Positions 58,638 through 64,000 of a stretch of 64,000 bases of DNA are shown here, one piece after another. A program made the translations under genes and the position numbers. This DNA is from Promethearchaeota archaeon (GTDB lineage Archaea; Asgardarchaeota; Lokiarchaeia; Sigyniarchaeales; SOKP01). The notes under the pieces are model-generated. The model was not told the DNA's origin. It ran no database searches and saw only the letters and a list, made by a program, of their open reading frames with translations. How positions within the stretch are numbered: the first letter of the stretch is position 1; each line of letters opens with the position of its first letter. Where the stretch lies: contig JAGXNO010000004.1 of the NCBI GenBank assembly GCA_019894975.1, positions 1-64,000 on the forward strand, in the 5' to 3' direction.

Positions 58638-61535
58638 ATGACAGAAATTAAAGAAGATATAAATTTGAAATTATCAGGAATGACTTGCGCAAACTGTGCG
58701 TTGAAAATTGAGAATAAACTGGGCAATCTTGAAGGAGTTAAGAAGGCTGTAGTTAATTTTGCAAATGAAGAAGCCACAGTGGAGTATGATCCAAAGACAA
58801 CAAATTATGATATTATGCAGGCTGCGGTGAAAGATCTGGGATATAAAGCGTCTTTAGCCAGGGTTGAATTAAAAGTAATAGATGAGATATCAGAAGAGAA
58901 CTTTGAAATTCTAATTAAAGAAGTCCTAGGCATAAAAGGAATTCATGATGTTAGAGGTAATTTCAAAGCTTCAAAATTGTTCATTGGATTCAATGAATTG
59001 GCACTAGACGAAATTGGAGTATATTCAAAAGTTAAGAAATTGGGTTACAATGTTGAGAAATCAGCCGGAACAACGGATCTAGAAATCATAAAACATAAGA
59101 AAGAAATGAAATACCGGCTGCGTATCATGTTAATTTCCTTAGTATTTTCCCTTGTTATTACCCCGATTAGTTGGTTTATGGTAGAATCATTCGAAAGAAA
59201 TATTCTCCTTTTCTTCTTGGCAATAGCAAATTTTGTTATTTGTGGGTCGTTTTTCTTAATTGGAGCATACAAATCATTAAAAAACAAATCTACAAATATG
59301 GATGTACTAGTTGCTTTAGGTACAACGACCGCGTTAATTTACTCTATTTTAACAACTTTCTTAATAGAAGGAAAAACGTTCTATGAAGCAATGAGTTTGA
59401 TTATTACCTTTTTATTAGTCGGGAAATATCTTGAGCATAAAACTAAAGGACAAGCCTCAGAAGCTATCAAAAAACTGATTGGCTTGCAGCCGAAAACTGC
59501 TATTATTGTAAAAGATGGAGAAGAATTAGAGATTCCTATCGAAGAACTTGAAATCGGGGATGTGTTAGTAGTAAGACCTGGTGAAAAAATTCCTGTTGAT
59601 GGGAAAGTAGTCGAAGGAAAAACAAAGGTAGACGAATCAATGATTACAGGAGAGAGTAAGTATGTTAAAAAGGAAATAGACAGCGAAGTAATCGGAGCGA
59701 CAGTGAACCAAACAGGGCTAATTCATATGGTAACTGAGAAAATTGGAAAAGAAACCTTGCTATTTCAAATAATTGATTTTGTAAAGCAAGCTCAAAGTAG
59801 AAAAGCAGCAAAACAACAATTAGCTGATAAAATTAGCAATTATTTCGTTCCTGTAGTTATTTTAATTGCTATCGGTGCCTTTCTCTATTGGTATTTTATT
59901 GGGACTCAAATATATCCCGCACTTCAAGCTACGCAACTGGAAACGTCATTACAAATATTTACATCAATCGTGGTTATTGCCTGCCCTTGTGCTTTAGGAT
60001 TAGCTATTCCTACAGCGGTGATGGTTGGAACAGGTAAAGGAGCTGAAAGTGGACTATTAATTAAGGGCGGAGACTCTCTGGAATCTATTAACACAATCAA
60101 TACCATTGTGTTTGACAAAACCGGTACATTAACGGTTGGTAAACCCAAGGTTTCAGCGATTTATTCAGAGAAAACTTTGACGGGATCAGGTTATGACGAT
60201 AACGATGTTTTACTTTATGCCGGAAGCGCAGAGATGGGTTCAGAACATCCACTTGGAAGAGCTATTATCGAAGAAGCAAACCAAAGGGCTATCGGTCTTG
60301 AACCTTTGACTGAGTTCAACGCTGTTCCAGGGAAAGGGATTAAAACCAATATAAAAGGAAAGAGTGTACTGATTGGAAATGAAAAGTTAATGATTGATAA
60401 TAACATCTCAACTGAAGAATACAAGGCTAAATTTGAGGAATTTCAGCAACAAGGAATAACAACTATCTTAATAAGTATTGGTGATAAAGTTCGGGGAATT
60501 ATTGGTATCTCAGATAAGATGAAAGATCAAGCACCTTATGCTCTAGATAAGTTAAGAGAAATGGGAATTGAAATTTACATGATTACAGGGGATAATATGC
60601 AGACGGCATTAACTGTTGGAGGACAACTTAATTTCGACGAGTCGCACATTTTAGCAGAGGTTTTACCAAATGATAAAGCTTTAAATATCCAGAAACTCCA
60701 ACAATCGGGGGAGAATAGGATTGTTGGGATGGTCGGTGATGGTATAAATGATGCTCCCGCATTAGCTCAAGCAGATGTAGGAATTGCTATAGGTTCCGGT
60801 ACTGATGTGGCAATTGAAACAGCAGATATAGTGTTGATGCGTGGAGATCTACGTAATGTCGTCTCAGCAATTAATCTATCTAAAAAAACTTATAGAAAGA
60901 TGATAACAAACTTATTCTGGGCATTTATTTATAATATCATAGGACTTCCACTAGCAGCAGGTGTATTATTCGGTTTTACGGGGATTTTCTTACCACCATA
61001 CTTAGCAGCTGTTTTCATGGCAATTAGTTCCGTTTCAGTGGTGACCAATGCGCTCTTCCTTAAAAGATTTGAGCCGAAGACACCTCAACAAATTGAAGAA
61101 GAAAGATTGTTAATCTCTCAAGAGAAAGTCACGGATCCTGTATGTGGGATGGAAATAAATCCAAGAAGTGCAATTGAATATGAATATAAGGAAAAGATTT
61201 ATCATTTCTGCAATCCCAATTGTGAGGCTCATTTTAAACGAGATCCTGAACGATTTAAGAATTATGATGCAATGGATCCTAAATTAATGCAAATGAAAAC
61301 TAAGGATCCAAGTGATAATATGAAAATTGAAAATATAAATAACAAAAAAAAAGAGGTAGATAAAGGTATGGGTAAATTGAAATGCGAGGAATGTGGATTA
61401 GAACAAGATCTTCCAATGCATTGTGGACAAGCAATGCATAAGGAGGGAGAACAATTAGTCTGCTGGATGGGTGCTAGTTGTGGGGCTCAACCAATTCCAG
61501 AGCATCATGGAAAACAGATGGAAATTATTAACTAA
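58638..61535 (+). CDS. copA: Cu(I)-exporting P1B-1 ATPase with a C-terminal YHS/TRASH domain and an extra Cys/His domain
   Basis: [39 protein letters not shown] and DPVCGM...FCNPNC motifs. Confidence 0.95.
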   Translation: MTEIKEDINLKLSGMTCANCALKIENKLGNLEGVKKAVVNFANEEATVEYDPKTTNYDIMQAAVKDLGYKASLARVELKVIDEISEENFEILIKEVLGIKGIHDVRGNFKASKLFIGFNELALDEIGVYSKVKKLGYNVEKSAGTTDLEIIKHKKEMKYRLRIMLISLVFSLVITPISWFMVESFERNILLFFLAIANFVICGSFFLIGAYKSLKNKSTNMDVLVALGTTTALIYSILTTFLIEGKTFYEAMSLIITFLLVGKYLEHKTKGQASEAIKKLIGLQPKTAIIVKDGEELEIPIEELEIGDVLVVRPGEKIPVDGKVVEGKTKVDESMITGESKYVKKEIDSEVIGATVNQTGLIHMVTEKIGKETLLFQIIDFVKQAQSRKAAKQQLADKISNYFVPVVILIAIGAFLYWYFIGTQIYPALQATQLETSLQIFTSIVVIACPCALGLAIPTAVMVGTGKGAESGLLIKGGDSLESINTINTIVFDKTGTLTVGKPKVSAIYSEKTLTGSGYDDNDVLLYAGSAEMGSEHPLGRAIIEEANQRAIGLEPLTEFNAVPGKGIKTNIKGKSVLIGNEKLMIDNNISTEEYKAKFEEFQQQGITTILISIGDKVRGIIGISDKMKDQAPYALDKLREMGIEIYMITGDNMQTALTVGGQLNFDESHILAEVLPNDKALNIQKLQQSGENRIVGMVGDGINDAPALAQADVGIAIGSGTDVAIETADIVLMRGDLRNVVSAINLSKKTYRKMITNLFWAFIYNIIGLPLAAGVLFGFTGIFLPPYLAAVFMAISSVSVVTNALFLKRFEPKTPQQIEEERLLISQEKVTDPVCGMEINPRSAIEYEYKEKIYHFCNPNCEAHFKRDPERFKNYDAMDPKLMQMKTKDPSDNMKIENINNKKKEVDKGMGKLKCEECGLEQDLPMHCGQAMHKEGEQLVCWMGASCGAQPIPEHHGKQMEIIN

Positions 61536-61553
61536 TCTAAATAGGGTGAGAAC

Positions 61554-61739
61554 ATGGGCAGGCTGCAATTAAAATGTTGTAAATGTGGAAATATGATGGA
61601 AACTCTTCCAGGTGGTAGCCAAGATATCATAATTGATGATGATACAGGAGACATGCTTTATTGGAACGGTAAAGAGTGTGGTTATAGGCCTGCTGATTGC
61701 CTTGTATGTGAAAAATGTTTAGAAAAAGGTTGTAAGTAA
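61554..61739 (+). CDS. Small Cys-rich metal-binding protein
   Basis: 8 Cys in 61 aa; GGGTGA RBS; resembles the CopA tail domain. Confidence 0.75.
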   Translation: MGRLQLKCCKCGNMMETLPGGSQDIIIDDDTGDMLYWNGKECGYRPADCLVCEKCLEKGCK

Positions 61740-61836
61740 GATTTTTTTTGATCCCTTTTTTATAATTTATAAAATATAATATTTAAAGGAATTTTGATAT
61801 TTTTTACTTTAAAGAAAATTGAATGAGTGCTAGATT

Positions 61837-62835
61837 ATGAAATACTACTCAAATATTTTAAAGTTAATCGGTAGAACTCCTTTAGTCAGAATTGACAAAA
61901 GTAATCCAAATCCTAATGTGCTTTTGTTAGCTAAATTGGAAAAATATAATCCTGCTGGTTCTGTTAAAGATAGAATAGCAATTTCCATGATTGAAGAAGC
62001 TGAGAAAGAGGGGATCTTAACCCCAGATAAAATAGTTATCGAACCAAGTAGTGGTAATACTGGTATAGGATTATCACTAGTATGTGCTGTAAAAGGATAT
62101 AAATTAGAAATTGTTATGCCTGAGACAATGTCAGTTGAACGTCGGAAAATTATGACTGCCTATGGTGCAAAAATAACATTAACTCCTGGGGATGATGGAA
62201 TGAACGGAGCGCAAGATTATGTTAAAACCAGAGTTAAAGAAAATCCCGAAAAATACTTTTTTCCAAACCAATTTGCGAATGAAAATAATCCTATGGCACA
62301 TTATAGATATACTGCTGAGGAAATAATAGAAGATACTGATGGTAAAATTGATGTATTTGTCGCGGGACTTGGTACTACTGGTACTTTGATGGGAGTATCA
62401 AAAAGGTTGAAGGAACACAACCCCAATATTAGAATCATTGCCGTAGAACCTGAATCTGGAGCACCTGTTCAAGGATTAAAAAACCTTGAAACCTCATATG
62501 TACCAGATATTTATGATGAATCTCAAATTGATGAAAAGGTTTATATAAACATGGAACATGCGGAACATGCGTCAAGAATGCTTTCTCTGCAAGAAGGGAT
62601 TTTTACAGGGATAAGTTCGGGTGCCGCCATGTATGTAGCAATAGAAACTGCGAGAAAAATGAAATCTGGGACTATTGTTGTTCTATTACCAGATGGGGGT
62701 GAAAAATATATTAGTCACCCGATTTTCTCCCCGGAAAAATGCCTAGAATGCACTAAAAAGTGCAAGATTATGACGTTGTGGGATGATGAATATATCGCCT
62801 CAATAGCCGAGTGGTGGGAAAATAAACCTGAATAA
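61837..62835 (+). CDS. cysM: PLP-dependent cysteine synthase (CysK/CysM family)
   Basis: NPAGSVKDR, EPSSGNTG, GLGTTGT, GISSGA and PDGGEKY motifs. Confidence 0.9.
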   Translation: MKYYSNILKLIGRTPLVRIDKSNPNPNVLLLAKLEKYNPAGSVKDRIAISMIEEAEKEGILTPDKIVIEPSSGNTGIGLSLVCAVKGYKLEIVMPETMSVERRKIMTAYGAKITLTPGDDGMNGAQDYVKTRVKENPEKYFFPNQFANENNPMAHYRYTAEEIIEDTDGKIDVFVAGLGTTGTLMGVSKRLKEHNPNIRIIAVEPESGAPVQGLKNLETSYVPDIYDESQIDEKVYINMEHAEHASRMLSLQEGIFTGISSGAAMYVAIETARKMKSGTIVVLLPDGGEKYISHPIFSPEKCLECTKKCKIMTLWDDEYIASIAEWWENKPE

Positions 62836-62844
62836 ACTCTTTAA

Positions 62845-64000
62845 CTAAGGGCTGACATCCTTATTATTTTCAGATTTCAACCAGATTTCTAATAAAACGA
62901 AAATTATCAATCCAATTATGCACAGTAAGGCACCAATAAGGAATGCGCATTGATAAGCAAAAACTTCACTCTTACCTTCATTTATAAGAATGTTAATTAG
63001 GGGACCGCTGATTAATGTACTAGCTAATCCCCATGAAAGAAAAAACGTTGTGTTGTATACTGCAAAAAGCTTACCTCTCATTTTAGCCGGAATTAGAATT
63101 GAGGCAATCGCATATGATGAAGCATATATAATAACTTCTGCGGCTCCCATTAAAAATCCACCTATGAAAATAAACTGTAGACTATTAGTAAGAGCGGTAA
63201 TTAGTAGTGCAACTATCCCTATCGATGTACCAAGAATCAACGCTCGAGAATGACCAAATTTCTTACTTAAATACCCTGCAGTAAATCCAATAATCATGGC
63301 TGCAACTGAACGCATGTTCGCGATAAAACTTAGCATAATACTATTTACATTAAATCCTGAATCCAAAGAGAGATATTGAGAATAAGGAACAGCTATAGAG
63401 TTTCTGCCGAAATTTATGAAAATCAAAGCTACTATAAACATGACGAAAATAAATAAATAGTTTTGATTATCTTGATCATTTATTGAATTCTCTTTCTCAA
63501 TTACTTCTGTATCAACACCACCTTCAGGGGCTAATAACATTGGTATTGATGAGACAAACATTACTGCTGATGCTACAAAAAATAGAGGTCCGTTTCTAAA
63601 CCCAAAACCAGAATCATAAAGTGCACCTCCGATGAATATACCCATTATCCTTCCTAATCCACCTAAACTGGTCAATTGCCCCATTATCCTGCTTCTTTTT
63701 TCAGAAGGGTATAGATCGCTTATTAATGCACTCCACCCGATATTGGACATAGACCAAAACATTTCAACAAAACTAAGTCCAATTATGATTATATAACCTG
63801 CTATATACAAATTATAGAATGCGAAATGTACAGCCCAAATTGTTAGAGTCCCTGTCCCAGCTAATATTTCTCCGCAAATTATGAATGTTCGACGACGTTG
63901 AATTTTATCAGTAATAGGACCCCATAGAAAATTCTGGAATATAACACTCATTATCATAGGTAAAGTTGCGTACAGAGTTGTCTCCCAAACTGACAGACTC
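62845..64000 (-). CDS. MFS transporter, 5' end outside the window
   Basis: Motif A-like GPITDKIQRRR and GYLSKKFGH; multiple TMs; frame is open to the window edge. Confidence 0.85.
   Translation of the reverse strand, partial: SLSVWETTLYATLPMIMSVIFQNFLWGPITDKIQRRRTFIICGEILAGTGTLTIWAVHFAFYNLYIAGYIIIIGLSFVEMFWSMSNIGWSALISDLYPSEKRSRIMGQLTSLGGLGRIMGIFIGGALYDSGFGFRNGPLFFVASAVMFVSSIPMLLAPEGGVDTEVIEKENSINDQDNQNYLFIFVMFIVALIFINFGRNSIAVPYSQYLSLDSGFNVNSIMLSFIANMRSVAAMIIGFTAGYLSKKFGHSRALILGTSIGIVALLITALTNSLQFIFIGGFLMGAAEVIIYASSYAIASILIPAKMRGKLFAVYNTTFFLSWGLASTLISGPLINILINEGKSEVFAYQCAFLIGALLCIIGLIIFVLLEIWLKSENNKDVSP

Noticed and set aside
58638-58860. E. coli-type copA frameshift producing a CopZ chaperone
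   Set aside because: No convincing slippery site with a nearby stop was recognised after the first HMA domain
1426-63253. Numerous 60-130 aa ORFs nested in or antisense to longer genes (e.g. 9154-9438, 17959-18327, 40324-40716, 59045-59287)
   Set aside because: Shadow frames of well-supported genes, with Ser/Ile/Phe-rich antisense composition and no motifs
1-64000. CRISPR array, tRNA/rRNA genes, transposases or integrases
   Set aside because: No regularly spaced 25-40 bp repeats, no GC-rich cloverleaf or rRNA-like stretch, and no DDE or recombinase motifs seen by eye

Overview
AT-rich archaeal chromosome segment, most consistent with Asgard archaea (Lokiarchaeia-like). The basis is two stand-alone small GTPases, a longin/uDENN-like protein, a PAC2 proteasome chaperone, NreA with a PIP box, DUF2070, AfpA and an aCPSF1-like beta-CASP nuclease. 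About 60 CDS are supported. The main blocks are a complete Mo/W-pterin biosynthesis cluster with the TupABC tungstate transporter (33.6-43.0 kb), a MoxR AAA+/vWA pair, split iscS/iscU, a copper-resistance cluster (56.4-61.7 kb) and scattered redox and transport genes. I saw no rRNA, tRNA, CRISPR array or transposase. The best leads are: (1) a 7TM membrane protein next to a small GTPase translationally coupled to a longin-wHTH protein; (2) a possible -1 frameshift, or an ATA start, joining MoxR to vWA; (3) a ModE-like palindrome with identical spacing in front of both tupA and moaC; (4) a translationally coupled pair of coiled-coil/winged-helix proteins; (5) a duplicated small Cys-rich domain at and after the CopA C-terminus; (6) several genes that appear to start at ATT/ATC/ATA/CTG. 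All family calls come from motif recognition by eye, not from database searches.
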